Below are positions 47,345 to 58,648 of a stretch of 64,000 nucleotides of DNA, in pieces (positions within the stretch are counted from its first letter, which is position 1; every line of letters begins with the position of its first letter). This DNA comes from a virus, in the IMG/VR virus record IMGVR_UViG_3300010354_000047, positions 32,001 to 96,000 of that record, one strand, 5' to 3'. Made by a program: the position numbers and the translations under genes. Under the pieces are notes generated by a model, which ran no database searches, was not told the DNA's origin, and saw only the letters and a program-made list of their open reading frames with translations.

Positions 47345-50300
47345 ATGTCCGCAAAACGTATAATCCTGAAGCGATCTTCGATTGCAGGGAAGAGGCCAAC
47401 AGCTGAAAACCTTTCCCCTGGTGAGATCGGTCTCAACACGAATAGTACTGAACCAGGAGCGTTCTTTCAGACAACAGACGGAAGAACTGTAAAAGTTGGT
47501 CCCACATCATATCTGTCCTACCCTCCCACAGAATTCCCGGAGAAGGGAGAACTTTGGTTCGATAGTGAAGACGGAACCCTAAAAGTAGGGACGGCCGAAC
47601 ATGAATGGATGTCTATTTCCGCTCCTTTTCTTGGTGGAGAAGGCCCCATTGTATTCGTTGCCCCAGAGTTCCATTTTTCTACAGATTCCTTGAGTAATGA
47701 TGGTCAAGCTTTGCCTTTTCAGACCGTTTCCCGAGCTATTCTTGAACTTTCGAAAATATACCTAAGTCGCGTTCTTAGTGGTTTTTCTACACGAGATGAA
47801 AGTAAGCGGTACACAATTTTCATCTTCCCATCCCAGTCAATTGCCAACAATAGCCCGGGAGTTTCCCCAGAAGAGTTTAACCTTGATCTATCAAACAAGG
47901 TTGGAAACGACATAACCATACCCGAACTTGAACAATTCAATCCTGTCACAGGCGGTATCGTCGTCCCCTTTGGTATTACTCTTCGAGGGATAGATCTAAA
48001 GAAAAGTGTAATATCCCCTTCTTATGTTCCTTCTTACTCTAATCCCTTCTACCCTACCGGCCTTCAGGGTGTTGACCAACCCTTGAGTGCCATTTTTAAG
48101 TGTGGAGGGAATGTTTACGCCGAGGACTTTTCTGTAGTCGATAAACTCTCAGAGAGAGTTATCGTGGGAGTCATTGACGATAATGATTTGGCAGTGTTTC
48201 GTTCAGAAAGACCCCACGGACTTCGAGTCGACGACTTTGTCACTGTCTCGTATTTCGCAACTGTTGATCAGAGCACCGGAACATTTCAGCCTGGTAACTA
48301 TTACGCAGTTCCCGTTGACTCCTATCACTTCTACCTTTCCACAGGTCCACAAACCGAGAGCCAGGCCGCTGAGTATATCCTTTTTCAGAGCATTCCTGCG
48401 TTAGTGAATGACTCTAACCCGAAGTTCTTAGTCACCAACTCTCTCAAGTCTGCCCATCGGCTTAGCCTCTTTAGGAACGCATCTCTTTCAGAAATTCAAG
48501 AATACTTTGTAAAGGTTCAGAAGGCTTTTCCAAAGGTTTTTGGAGGAAAGGTCACAGATACACCCCAAATAGTGGATCAAGGGGACTATGTTATTGTCGG
48601 ACCAGTCGGGGCCTACCCTCAGAACGAAGCCTCAAACACAACTAAAAACTCTTCCTTTTACGCCAACCAAGTGAACATGCGTTCCGAGTACGGAATGTGC
48701 TGGGGTGACTTTGATGGTCGACTTGTTTCAGGGTTTAAGTCGGTTGTTGCAAATGCGTGTACAGCTATAACCTTGCAGAATGACCCTTGCGTATACGAAG
48801 TATATACCACACTTGTGAACCCGGATACGAATCTTCCCGAGAAAAAGTGGTGGGGGCTCACCCAAGCTGTCTATCTCTCGACTCCAGTGGAACAAAGGCC
48901 GGCATCTATCGTAGACGTTCCGGTTGTTCAACAATTGGATGTTTTGAATACAACTCCAATTAACAATATACGTTACCATTACGAGAACCTGAAAACAGAA
49001 GCAGGGAAAAGTATTGGTATCGTGAATACCGAGAAAGACTTTCGCCACTTTGGTTTTCGCGTTCAAAATGGTGCTTACGGGCAATTCCAGTCGACTTATT
49101 GCATTGGAGCTGCAGTCGGTGTGTGGGCACTGAATGGGGGAACTTGCAGCTTGACAAACAGTACTACAAACTTTGGATCCGTTGCCTTCAAAGCCGAAGG
49201 ATTTCTAGGAATCAATACAATCGGAGGGGCAAAGGCGAACGGAAAAGGTTTCGTATTTGAAGGGATTCAGCGGCCTCTCGCCATCACAAAGTCTCAAGCA
49301 GAAAACACTTCCAACAAAAAGATTCTATCCCTTGGCGGGAGAATAACCAACATATACCTCGATGAAAGTGATCCAAACATTCAGATTGTTGAACTTAGCT
49401 CCGACTTTTCTCCTTGTTACTTACTTCCGTTTTCTCTGAAACCCGGATCGGCCCTTTGGGTTGAATCTGAGTCTTGTACCTACCGGGGGTTTTTGGCCAC
49501 AGACGGTGGCCCAACGATTTTCACTGGAATAGATAGCCCGAACTTTGCTAAAATTCGAATTCGGTCCTCTGATAGCACAATCCCAAACAACACCGACCTT
49601 CTTCCGGTTTTGGGAGTTCCCTACGTTCGTAGATTTAGTGACCCAAGGCAAGACTTCGAAAGAAGCTACAGTATCTGTCTGAAGAATACCTTCCAGAATG
49701 CTATCTCTCCTCAAATTGGTTCTGTCCTTAGACTCAATCAAACCAGTCAGCAACTGGGGTCTTCCTCTCTGACTCCAAACGTTCAGTTTGATCCAGGAAT
49801 TCTAGGGGGTTGGGGTCGGGTCTTCACCGTGGATGCAGTTGAGACTGGTGGGCTTGGTGCTTCGCCTCAGTTCAATTATACTATAAGCGACCCTAGCCAA
49901 GACCAGACTTATTACGTAGCAATAACAGGGAGCGACATGAGCCGCCCATGGGTACAGGGTCTGAACTTTCGGAACTCGCAAGGGGATTATGTCACTTTTG
50001 AGAACAGAAACTGGTATGCTGCTGAGAACAACATTTGGGAATCTCTATATTACGGAGACTCTTCAAGTTTTACGGAAAACTTTGGGCCATACTCCATAGC
50101 CCCTATTGAGAGGTGCTCGCCTTTTGTGGATACGAGTGTTCTCGAAAAGCAGGAAAAGGTCCTGGATACTTATCAAGGGGTTTACGCTCCTGATGACTTT
50201 GTCGGAAATCCGGAGTATGTCGGCTACGAAAACGGAACTTATTTTCGTGGTTCAACCGAGCCCTATCCGACTTACGATACTAAAAATGTATATGATGACG

Positions 50301-52108
50301 ACGACAGCTCAGAGAGCATGGGTCTCTGCCTGAAGGATATTGCCAATGGGGCAACTACTTCTACAGTCTCAGGCATCACAGTTATTCAGACTGGGACAGC
50401 CGCGAGTTCAACCTCTCGCTATCGTCCAGAAGTTATCGAGTTTTCCGTGCTCTCTTCGACAGAAATCGAAAACCCTCGACAAACAGTCTCAGTCGTTCGG
50501 CTCAGTTCGACTGAAGGTGAGGAATACATTCGTGTAACTAATCTGAACGGAACAATTGTTCGCGGTATCCGTCTTAATTACCAAAACAGCTTCTACCCTT
50601 CTACCGCTCCAGGTTTCAATTGGCCCCAGCTAACGACCGTTACGGTTTGCTCCACAAACCCAATCGCTGAGACTGAACTTTACGACCCTGATTGGTCAAA
50701 TACGAAGAGGGCTGTTTATCGCTTTTTCCAGGTGATGGGTTATAGTCCTGAGATCATGAAGCCATACCTCACTCCTCAGTATTGGGGAGAGAGATTGCTT
50801 TCGGTTTCCGTTCTCGAAGGGACCCTTCCGGAAAACGGTTATGCTCTAACCACTGATAAGTGGCCTCTCGAGTTTAACCAACCGTCTGCAGTGATTGCCA
50901 ACACTCACACATGGGCTTACACTGGCTACTACAATTACTCTCGCGGCCTTCCCGAGTTTCAGACAAATGATTTCACCAAGAAATTGGCGGCGGACTTCCA
51001 GGCTACAACGACCTGGAGCGGACGCCTGACTGTAACAGGGATAAATGACAAAGGTGAAATCGTTCAGTTTGGACCACAAAGGCAAGCTCTTACGGCCAAC
51101 TTCTACGAAGACACATACCCTACCACCAATGTTGCAAATCAACAAATCTACGAAGAGCAACCCTATGTGGAATTCCCGGCTCAAGTCGTCGTCTACTCTG
51201 TCGACGACATTTCCTCACTATTCGACGGAGTTATCGACACTTTCGATCTACTGAGAAGCGGGCTTGCGATTCCCCCAGAACAGCTCAGTGTAGAATCCTT
51301 ATTTGTTGCCCTTGGCGCTTCAATGCAGAAGCCAGTGGAAAGTTACACACTTCTTAACAACAAGATCAAATTCGCTTCACCTCCTCCAGAGGGTACGAAT
51401 TGCAACATTCGGGTAGTCACTAGTGTAGATTCTTCTCGCACCTTGGTCACTGTTCCGCTTGAGTTCCAGGAGCAGTTTGATGGCTCGCGAACAACGTTTA
51501 CTGCCGTCTCTTCGAGCGTGGATATAACCCCTCTCGAAATCACATCGAACGGTACCTTTGTTTTCTTGGGTGGTGTTGAGCAAATCCCGGTATCAGATGT
51601 TAACCCCTCTCTGCCATTCTCTTATTCGATTGAGAGAACTTCTCCGACGACTGTTCAGTTTTCTTTCACTGGGCCTCCTCCTGCTGGGACAACTCTAGAT
51701 GTCAGAACAATCTGTTCAGGTTCGTACTGGTCACTACGTGGAATCTACCCTGTAGAAGTCTACTCGCTTGACTCAATTGCTTGCGACTTTAACGGTGCTA
51801 ATCTATCTTTCAACCTCACTTATGACGGGTTGCTGGTGAACCCTAATGCTGTCACACAGGATAACCTAATCGTCAGCCTTGGTGGATCGATTCAAATTCC
51901 TGGAGTTTCTTACACTGTGGAAAACTCCATTCTCACTTTCCTTGACCCGGTAGATGCGCCGCAACCAGGTACGACCATTAACCTTCGAGTGATTGCGAAT
52001 GCCGAGTTTATCTCTTGCCAAGATCAATCGGTTTACGGTTCCGGATTCCTGAGATGGGGACCCGGCCTCGTTCTCACTCTTGCTAACGATGCTGGACTGT
52101 TAGGGTGA
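47345..52108 (+). CDS. large tail fibre / tailspike-like protein
   Basis: N-terminal IILKRSSIAGKRPT..GEIGLN module; cyanophage-type central domain (PFQTVSRAILE, RGIDLKK, RSEYG); three C-terminal FDG..TF..V.LGG..Q.P repeats. Confidence 0.8.
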   Translation: MSAKRIILKRSSIAGKRPTAENLSPGEIGLNTNSTEPGAFFQTTDGRTVKVGPTSYLSYPPTEFPEKGELWFDSEDGTLKVGTAEHEWMSISAPFLGGEGPIVFVAPEFHFSTDSLSNDGQALPFQTVSRAILELSKIYLSRVLSGFSTRDESKRYTIFIFPSQSIANNSPGVSPEEFNLDLSNKVGNDITIPELEQFNPVTGGIVVPFGITLRGIDLKKSVISPSYVPSYSNPFYPTGLQGVDQPLSAIFKCGGNVYAEDFSVVDKLSERVIVGVIDDNDLAVFRSERPHGLRVDDFVTVSYFATVDQSTGTFQPGNYYAVPVDSYHFYLSTGPQTESQAAEYILFQSIPALVNDSNPKFLVTNSLKSAHRLSLFRNASLSEIQEYFVKVQKAFPKVFGGKVTDTPQIVDQGDYVIVGPVGAYPQNEASNTTKNSSFYANQVNMRSEYGMCWGDFDGRLVSGFKSVVANACTAITLQNDPCVYEVYTTLVNPDTNLPEKKWWGLTQAVYLSTPVEQRPASIVDVPVVQQLDVLNTTPINNIRYHYENLKTEAGKSIGIVNTEKDFRHFGFRVQNGAYGQFQSTYCIGAAVGVWALNGGTCSLTNSTTNFGSVAFKAEGFLGINTIGGAKANGKGFVFEGIQRPLAITKSQAENTSNKKILSLGGRITNIYLDESDPNIQIVELSSDFSPCYLLPFSLKPGSALWVESESCTYRGFLATDGGPTIFTGIDSPNFAKIRIRSSDSTIPNNTDLLPVLGVPYVRRFSDPRQDFERSYSICLKNTFQNAISPQIGSVLRLNQTSQQLGSSSLTPNVQFDPGILGGWGRVFTVDAVETGGLGASPQFNYTISDPSQDQTYYVAITGSDMSRPWVQGLNFRNSQGDYVTFENRNWYAAENNIWESLYYGDSSSFTENFGPYSIAPIERCSPFVDTSVLEKQEKVLDTYQGVYAPDDFVGNPEYVGYENGTYFRGSTEPYPTYDTKNVYDDDDSSESMGLCLKDIANGATTSTVSGITVIQTGTAASSTSRYRPEVIEFSVLSSTEIENPRQTVSVVRLSSTEGEEYIRVTNLNGTIVRGIRLNYQNSFYPSTAPGFNWPQLTTVTVCSTNPIAETELYDPDWSNTKRAVYRFFQVMGYSPEIMKPYLTPQYWGERLLSVSVLEGTLPENGYALTTDKWPLEFNQPSAVIANTHTWAYTGYYNYSRGLPEFQTNDFTKKLAADFQATTTWSGRLTVTGINDKGEIVQFGPQRQALTANFYEDTYPTTNVANQQIYEEQPYVEFPAQVVVYSVDDISSLFDGVIDTFDLLRSGLAIPPEQLSVESLFVALGASMQKPVESYTLLNNKIKFASPPPEGTNCNIRVVTSVDSSRTLVTVPLEFQEQFDGSRTTFTAVSSSVDITPLEITSNGTFVFLGGVEQIPVSDVNPSLPFSYSIERTSPTTVQFSFTGPPPAGTTLDVRTICSGSYWSLRGIYPVEVYSLDSIACDFNGANLSFNLTYDGLLVNPNAVTQDNLIVSLGGSIQIPGVSYTVENSILTFLDPVDAPQPGTTINLRVIANAEFISCQDQSVYGSGFLRWGPGLVLTLANDAGLLG

Positions 52109-52149
52109 TCTGTAGGGTATAACTTTTTTATACGTGAGATAGTGCAAAA

Positions 52150-55100
52150 GTGTCATTAACAAGAGCTCAATTGCTAATGGGGGACAGCGGGCAAGGTCCG
52201 CTTCTCCCTGGCCAAGTTCAAGGTGTTAAACCAGGTCCGGGCGTGTCGATCGACTCAGACGGCACTATTACCTTTTTTGCCGGCTCAGCAACTGGCGTCG
52301 TTAGGACCAATAACACTTCTGCATATAATGGCTATATCTGGCCGAGTTCCACTCTCACCAATGGTCAATTAGTTTTAGGCGCGGGCGGAAATTTGTCATG
52401 GGGACGAATTCCGGGATACGGCCTCGTTGAAAACGGTAGTGCTCTGAAGTCTCGAACCGTAGTTTCAACCTCAGCTCCCTCTACCGGAGTTGGATTGAAT
52501 GAAGCCCCGGAAGGGGGAATGTATTGGAATAGCGAAAACGAGATTCTCTATATCCGGTATGGGGGCGTATGGAACCAAGTTAGTTATGGTCCCGCTGACC
52601 TAAGTACGGACCTACTGACCGGAACTTACACACTGTATGTTAACCCTGAAATCGGAAGTGACAAATACGTCACAGGGGTTTATGACGGAAGCGTGACTCC
52701 GGTGATTACCAACCAAATGGTAGTAGCCGGTTATACTCCACAGAAGCCGTTTAAGACGATAGCCCGTGCCGCTCTTGAAATAGCACGTATACAGAGTGGT
52801 TTGGGTCTTGATGCTCAAGCTTTCGATCGTTATGTAATTAGCTGCTCATCTGGAACGCACATTGTCGACAACGACTTTGGAATCGGAGCTGTGATCGGTT
52901 GGGAAGATGGAGAAGTTCCAAGCGACGCCAAGCTTCGAGAAATGAACAGCGAAACTTACGCTGGTGTTGTGTTGCCAAGGGGTGTGTCGGTTGTCGGAGC
53001 GGACCTTCGCAAAACAATTATTCGGCCGAAGTATGTTCCGGAAAAGAGCGGAAGCATGGAGGGTGACCGTGCCTCCATCTTTCGAGTCACGGGGGGCAGT
53101 TTCTTCTTCAACTTCACATTTAAGGATAAAGAAGACTACGAAGAAAGTCACCACTTACTTGACTGTTTCTCGTTTGTCTCAGACTCGGATCTAGAAGATT
53201 ACTACGAAAAAGCGCAGATTATCTTCAATCAGGCGTACAGGAATGAACCTGTGAACCCTGGGGAAACAGAAATCGTAGCTCCTCAACCTCCAGGAGTTGC
53301 TGAAGAGGAAACTGATTCTGTCTACGGATCTTCCCCATACATTTTTAACTGCTCTGTTCGCTCTGAGTACGGACTTTGCGGAGTGAACGCAGATGGCGCG
53401 GATGTAACTGGCTTCCGTTCGATGGTTCTTGCGCAATTCACGGGAGTGAGTTTGCAGAAAGACCTGACTTGTTGGCAGAAGTACAACTCCGGACCTAAAA
53501 CCTGGACCAATACAATCCTGAACTACAACTCTTACATCTCGCTCAACCCAAATGATGTGAGAATGGATCCTACGAAGAGAAGTTTTCACGTTAGGGCCAT
53601 CAATAATGCGTTTGTTCAAGAAGTATCCGTATTCGCGATTGGACAAGGTATTCACCACTGGGTGAAGTCCGGCGGGGAGATTTCAATCACCAACTCAAAT
53701 AGCTCGTTCGGTGGTTGCGCTGCCCTCGCTGAGGACTACAAGTCCGAAGCTTTTCCACAGGATTCAAACTGGAACGTGGCCACAATCAATGTGGCTGCTA
53801 ATCTCAGTGATCAAGTCCCCAACATATCATTGTATAAGCTTGGGACGGTAGCCACTGGCCAGGTTGATGACGCAACGACCATAACTCTTTCCCTCCCTCT
53901 CACGGACTCTGAGAGGTACCCAGGAACCCCTGAGATTTTAGCATCACGAAATTACACTTTTGCCCCAGGAAGCTACCTCTGGATTGAGAACAGTGATGGC
54001 CCAGACTGGAGAGCACCTTTAGAAACAGTGGCTTGGACTTCTGGATCTCCGGACAGTATTGAAATTACCGTCGCAATGGAGAATCAGGACGGTGACCTAC
54101 CGGGAGTGGGAGGGCAGCCGAGTCTTGAAGGGAGTCAAGTTTATGTTCGCCGCTTACAGGATACGCGTACCCTTTCGCAAAGAAGATACAGTCTAAACAT
54201 CACTAATACTGATAGCAACACTCGAGCCCCACTCCGAGACTACGTCGTTCAGACAACAATTGGATCAGGTGGCGGAATAGTCGGACCGCTCCCCGACTCC
54301 GACATGGTTTTAGTGAATAAATCGGGATCCATTCCAATCGGAACTGATCCAGTAGTTCGGAAGTCGCAAGTTATTCTTCAAAGAGCGAACCCGTTAAATA
54401 CGTGGACTGCAGATAACTACTATAGACCTGGTGATACTGTTCGCCATGAGAATAAGCATTTTACTTGCGTTCTGGAGAATTCTGATTCCGTTTTTGATGC
54501 GGATAAGTGGAACCAGTCTTTCGTTCACATGCCGTCAGACTTTAATGCTTACGACTTCTTCCTGAATGTTTCCCCGGTCATCTATTTTGATAACGACACC
54601 GATGGTCAAGACGAGACATCGAACTGTGGCTATGATCTGACCACGTGCTGGGAAACCGACTCAGAAATTATAGCCCAGTACACTTCGGCAACTGATTATC
54701 GAGGAGTTTACCAGTTTCTTGTTGGACTTGGTTTCTCGAGTGCAGATGCTCAAGACATTTTGCTTCCCGCACCTTCCTCCGCAAGAGAGCTTGATCCCTC
54801 TTCCAGCGTGGACATGAAGGGTTACGTTCCGGACGGAGCCGCGAACCTTCTCTCCAACTGGCCGATTGAATTCCGAAGACCCTCTGTCCTTCGAATTTTT
54901 GGCCATGCATGGGAGTGGGCAGGTTTCTTAAACTATTCAAAAGCTCTTCCTGCTTATCAGGGCGATCTATCTGCGCAAAACCAATTCACCTATTACTTCA
55001 CAAATCAGCTCGGGGGAAGGGTGTATGCTACAGGTTTCAATCAGGAAGGGTACTTCGTAACCGCTGCCGGCTTAACAGATCTTTCAACCGGGGAAAATAT

Positions 55101-55737
55101 AGGGATTTCAGACCTTGGTGGCAACTTTGAAGGAATTACTACTCCTCCGGTCTACATCCCCGCCTCGATTATTGAAAATAAGGGGGATATCCTGATCGGA
55201 TTGTCCAGCGACACTCCCTCTGTCTTGCCTGTGGGTCCCGACGGATACGTTTTGACAGCGGACTCCTCTACATCCTCAGGTTTAGCCTGGGTCGCAGGAA
55301 TACCAGCGGGAGTTATTGTGATGTGGTCTGGTACCATAGCGAACATACCAACGGGTTGGGCACTTTGCAATGGTTCGGGAGGTACTCCAGACCTCCGTAA
55401 CAGATTCATTGTCGGTGCCCATAGCGGAACGGGAAGTGGAACTACAACTTCCGCAGGACCAACGGTGAATGTTTCAACCGGAGCGCTGAGTGCGAACTAT
55501 ACTCCAGGTAACATTGGTGGTGGAAATGGCCATCAGTTGTCTGTAGCCGAACTTGCTGCGCATACTCATAAAGTCTTTTTTGATGGGTTCGACTATCTCG
55601 GCCAAGCAGCAGGGGGGCCTAACCTCGGAACTTACGGTCCGTTGGATACTGAGGCGACGACCACCGGAGCCGGTTCTAACTATTACCATGAGAATCGTCC
55701 TGCTTATTACGCCCTAGCGTATATTATGAAACTTTGA
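52150..55737 (+). CDS. tail fibre protein with C-terminal collar domain
   Basis: Paralogue of 47345 (PFKTIARAALE, GADLRK, RSEYG, WPIEF); IPAGVIVMWSG..IPTGWALCNG..TPDLRNRFIVG collar; ENRPAYYALAYIMKL. Confidence 0.85.
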   Translation: MSLTRAQLLMGDSGQGPLLPGQVQGVKPGPGVSIDSDGTITFFAGSATGVVRTNNTSAYNGYIWPSSTLTNGQLVLGAGGNLSWGRIPGYGLVENGSALKSRTVVSTSAPSTGVGLNEAPEGGMYWNSENEILYIRYGGVWNQVSYGPADLSTDLLTGTYTLYVNPEIGSDKYVTGVYDGSVTPVITNQMVVAGYTPQKPFKTIARAALEIARIQSGLGLDAQAFDRYVISCSSGTHIVDNDFGIGAVIGWEDGEVPSDAKLREMNSETYAGVVLPRGVSVVGADLRKTIIRPKYVPEKSGSMEGDRASIFRVTGGSFFFNFTFKDKEDYEESHHLLDCFSFVSDSDLEDYYEKAQIIFNQAYRNEPVNPGETEIVAPQPPGVAEEETDSVYGSSPYIFNCSVRSEYGLCGVNADGADVTGFRSMVLAQFTGVSLQKDLTCWQKYNSGPKTWTNTILNYNSYISLNPNDVRMDPTKRSFHVRAINNAFVQEVSVFAIGQGIHHWVKSGGEISITNSNSSFGGCAALAEDYKSEAFPQDSNWNVATINVAANLSDQVPNISLYKLGTVATGQVDDATTITLSLPLTDSERYPGTPEILASRNYTFAPGSYLWIENSDGPDWRAPLETVAWTSGSPDSIEITVAMENQDGDLPGVGGQPSLEGSQVYVRRLQDTRTLSQRRYSLNITNTDSNTRAPLRDYVVQTTIGSGGGIVGPLPDSDMVLVNKSGSIPIGTDPVVRKSQVILQRANPLNTWTADNYYRPGDTVRHENKHFTCVLENSDSVFDADKWNQSFVHMPSDFNAYDFFLNVSPVIYFDNDTDGQDETSNCGYDLTTCWETDSEIIAQYTSATDYRGVYQFLVGLGFSSADAQDILLPAPSSARELDPSSSVDMKGYVPDGAANLLSNWPIEFRRPSVLRIFGHAWEWAGFLNYSKALPAYQGDLSAQNQFTYYFTNQLGGRVYATGFNQEGYFVTAAGLTDLSTGENIGISDLGGNFEGITTPPVYIPASIIENKGDILIGLSSDTPSVLPVGPDGYVLTADSSTSSGLAWVAGIPAGVIVMWSGTIANIPTGWALCNGSGGTPDLRNRFIVGAHSGTGSGTTTSAGPTVNVSTGALSANYTPGNIGGGNGHQLSVAELAAHTHKVFFDGFDYLGQAAGGPNLGTYGPLDTEATTTGAGSNYYHENRPAYYALAYIMKL

Positions 55738-55770
55738 TGAGCCCCGAACTAATTCTCCCCTCTTAAAAAA

Positions 55771-56463
55771 ATGCCTTTGATCAGAATCTTTGCAAAAAGA
55801 CAAGCCGTCATAATCGGAGACGATGCGGCTGCAGGGGTCGATACCTCTTTAATTTCTCCTGACATTCGCGTCATAACTTTCGATCAGAATATACCTATCG
55901 GAAGTATTGTATACTGCGCAGACTCAGAAACCGGGGTAATCCCTCCCCTTGAAACCATAACAAGTTTAGAGCCCTGGATGAGTGTGGTAGAAGAAGCTGA
56001 GGAAATTATCTTTTGTCAGAAGAACCCAAAGACCTTTTACAGTACAATCGAGCCTGTCGGACGGGCGATAACGGTAAGTGAGAAAGGTTGGCCCCAACCT
56101 GAAAATAGCACGGAACAAGAGCCCCCTTCACCCCCCTCCCAAAATACTAAACTTTATTGGTCGGGTGAAGATTTCGTCTGGTGCACTTTTCCCTTTGAAA
56201 GCTCCCTGGAGGAAGCTAAAACCCATATGTGCCAGACTCTGAAACAGATGGCATATTCTCTTTTGCAGCCAACGGACTGGTACGTCATTCGGGAGTTTGA
56301 GACAGGAACAGAAACCCCCCTAGAGGTAACCACGTGGAGGGGACAAATCCGTGAACAAACTAATGAAAAGGAAGCAGAAGTGAACAGTAAAGTGTCGAAA
56401 GAAGAACTAGACTCCTACTGTCAATCAGGTTCCTTCTTAAGCTGGGTGAATGGTCCCTTGTGA
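55771..56463 (+). CDS. tail fibre assembly chaperone
   Basis: AYSLLQPTDWYVIREFETG..P..VTTWRGQIR motif; follows the fibre gene. Confidence 0.75.
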   Translation: MPLIRIFAKRQAVIIGDDAAAGVDTSLISPDIRVITFDQNIPIGSIVYCADSETGVIPPLETITSLEPWMSVVEEAEEIIFCQKNPKTFYSTIEPVGRAITVSEKGWPQPENSTEQEPPSPPSQNTKLYWSGEDFVWCTFPFESSLEEAKTHMCQTLKQMAYSLLQPTDWYVIREFETGTETPLEVTTWRGQIREQTNEKEAEVNSKVSKEELDSYCQSGSFLSWVNGPL

Positions 56464-56537
56464 CTTTCGACGTTATAAAGTCTCTTCCGTCAGGTTTGTA
56501 CTCCGGGGGTAAAACCCAATAACTCCTGTAATTAAAG

Positions 56538-58277
56538 ATGCCATCGAGTTCTGACATAATTACTCCAATTCTGCTGTTGCGGTCCTCTACAGCTTCTAAG
56601 AGGCCCGATCCCGCCGACTTGCTTCCGGGGCAGCCTGCAATCAATTACAATAGCTCTGACCCAGGTCTCTATTTTTCAGATAGCACTCTGTCGGAACTCC
56701 TGAAGATAGGTCCATGTCACGTGGGTCCTACTGAACCAAATGGCACTCCCGCTATTGGAGGGTACGCCGGTAAATGTGTAGGGGAATCTTGGCTGGATAC
56801 ATCTGATCCAGAGCGAAACACTCTCAAGATTTGGGACGGGTCGGCGTGGCTTATTGCGGGTCAAATTACTCCCAACACCTTCTTTATCTCAAACACCCTA
56901 TGGGTGGACGTGGATGGGGACGACTCAAATACGGGCCGTTCACCTATCTACGCGAAAAAGACGATTCAGGCCGCTCTCGATGAAGCAACTGCGGGCATGA
57001 CCATCAGAGTTTCTCCCGGTTCTTTCATCGAGGATAATCCCTTAATCTTTTCCGACGTTAACATCACCATTTCTGGAGCCGGTAGTCAGATAACAGAGAT
57101 TGTTCTAGAGAATGATGCCGACCTGTTTCATATGCGAAGCGGGTCTGTGGTGCAAGACTTCACTTTTTCAAAAGAGACTGCCGTAACAAATAAGGCTATC
57201 ACTCGGTTTATTCCTACGGGAGCAGGGACGATTGTTACACCTCCTCTGGTGAAAGATTGCGTAGCAAACGTCGAGGGGGCAATCGGAATTCTGGCTGATG
57301 GTAATGCCTCTGGTGGTTTAAAGACTTTCTCCTCTTCGGACTTCAAGGTTTCCGCCGAAAACAGCGTGGGATTCAAATGCTTGAACAAAGCTTTTATTGA
57401 AGCGGATGGTTGTGAGACAACTTACGCTCAGACATCGATGCTCACCGAATCCGGAGGAACAATTCGGGCAACGAACTGCAAGTCTGTGTATGGGGAATAT
57501 GGCCTTGTTTCAAATGGTATTAGCGACCCTGAGCAGACTGGGGAATTTGCAACTATTGATGCCCTGGGAACACACATTCAAGTAGATGACTTATCTGAAA
57601 CTTTGAGACCCTATGAAGGGCAAGTTCTCACAGTAGGTGGGACATTCTTCCGAGTGTGCGGATTTCTGATCTCGGACCCAGGAGACGGCTACACATCACC
57701 CCCGCAAGTTATCGTCAGTCTTGGCTCCGGTCCAAACCCAGTAGCGGCTGAAGGCTTTGCAGTCATTGAAGATGGTCAAGTCGTGGATATAGTTTTGACA
57801 GAACCTGGCCAGGGGTACTCAGAATCAGATGTAGTCACAGTAACCTTTGTCGGTGGGACAGGTTGTCCCGCTCACGCCGAAGCAGTTCTTTCACCGATTT
57901 ACTACACTGTTAATACTGCCTCAGAGATTGCAGGAAATTCTAGCGTTGTGTGTATATCTGAACCCCTTCCGTATTCCCCATCCCCAGGAGACGAAGTTGT
58001 CTTTTACAGGATGAGCAAAATTGTAGCCCATTCCCATTACTTTGGCTACCTGGGAACCGGAAGTCAAACTCCTTTTGAAGGAGGCTCCCCCGTACCAGAA
58101 AACGAGGTCGTTGAGCAGGATGGAGGAAGAGTTTTCGTAAGTAGCATGAATCAATCAGGGAATTTCAGGGTTGGAAAAGAATTCTGCATCAGCCAGGTTG
58201 ATAATGTGATTTCCGGCTTCACTTTTTCGAATTCGGTTTTGGCTGCCGTTTTACCCATCATTACTGCAATTGACTGA
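56538..58277 (+). CDS. tailspike-like protein with beta-helix (pectin lyase-like) region
   Basis: N-terminal LLRSSTASKRP module; WVDVDGDDSNTG..KKTIQAAL; PGDGYTSPPQV..A.G.AVI..GQV module; GGGTAAA at 56507. Confidence 0.75.
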   Translation: MPSSSDIITPILLLRSSTASKRPDPADLLPGQPAINYNSSDPGLYFSDSTLSELLKIGPCHVGPTEPNGTPAIGGYAGKCVGESWLDTSDPERNTLKIWDGSAWLIAGQITPNTFFISNTLWVDVDGDDSNTGRSPIYAKKTIQAALDEATAGMTIRVSPGSFIEDNPLIFSDVNITISGAGSQITEIVLENDADLFHMRSGSVVQDFTFSKETAVTNKAITRFIPTGAGTIVTPPLVKDCVANVEGAIGILADGNASGGLKTFSSSDFKVSAENSVGFKCLNKAFIEADGCETTYAQTSMLTESGGTIRATNCKSVYGEYGLVSNGISDPEQTGEFATIDALGTHIQVDDLSETLRPYEGQVLTVGGTFFRVCGFLISDPGDGYTSPPQVIVSLGSGPNPVAAEGFAVIEDGQVVDIVLTEPGQGYSESDVVTVTFVGGTGCPAHAEAVLSPIYYTVNTASEIAGNSSVVCISEPLPYSPSPGDEVVFYRMSKIVAHSHYFGYLGTGSQTPFEGGSPVPENEVVEQDGGRVFVSSMNQSGNFRVGKEFCISQVDNVISGFTFSNSVLAAVLPIITAID

Positions 58278-58638
58278 GATGACTTTACCTCTAACCACTT
58301 TTAATACCACATTTCTCGAGATTCCCGAGATTGAAGAAACTTTTTATACCGCTCCAGCCGGGTACTCTCAGATTGTGACCATGTGCCAGGTTTCAAACGT
58401 GTCCACTACAGACAGTGGATTAGTGAGCTTAAACTTAAACCGTGGCCTCGACGTAATCCAGCAACTTAACGAGTACGAAATTCCTCCTGGCGAAGTTCTT
58501 TGTGTTTACGGAGCTGGACAAGGTTCCTTGATTCTAGAACCTGGTGACTTCATTTCCGTGTTTCGCTCACCGGGAGAGGGTGTGACTTTGAACATCACAA
58601 TGAGTGTAATTGGAACACTTATCGCCAAGACCTGCTGA
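58270..58638 (+). CDS. small virion structural protein
   Basis: YTAPAGYSQIV..QVSNV..IPPGE..LILEPGD pattern. Confidence 0.65.
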   Translation: MTEMTLPLTTFNTTFLEIPEIEETFYTAPAGYSQIVTMCQVSNVSTTDSGLVSLNLNRGLDVIQQLNEYEIPPGEVLCVYGAGQGSLILEPGDFISVFRSPGEGVTLNITMSVIGTLIAKTC

Positions 58639-58648
58639 ATAGACCAAA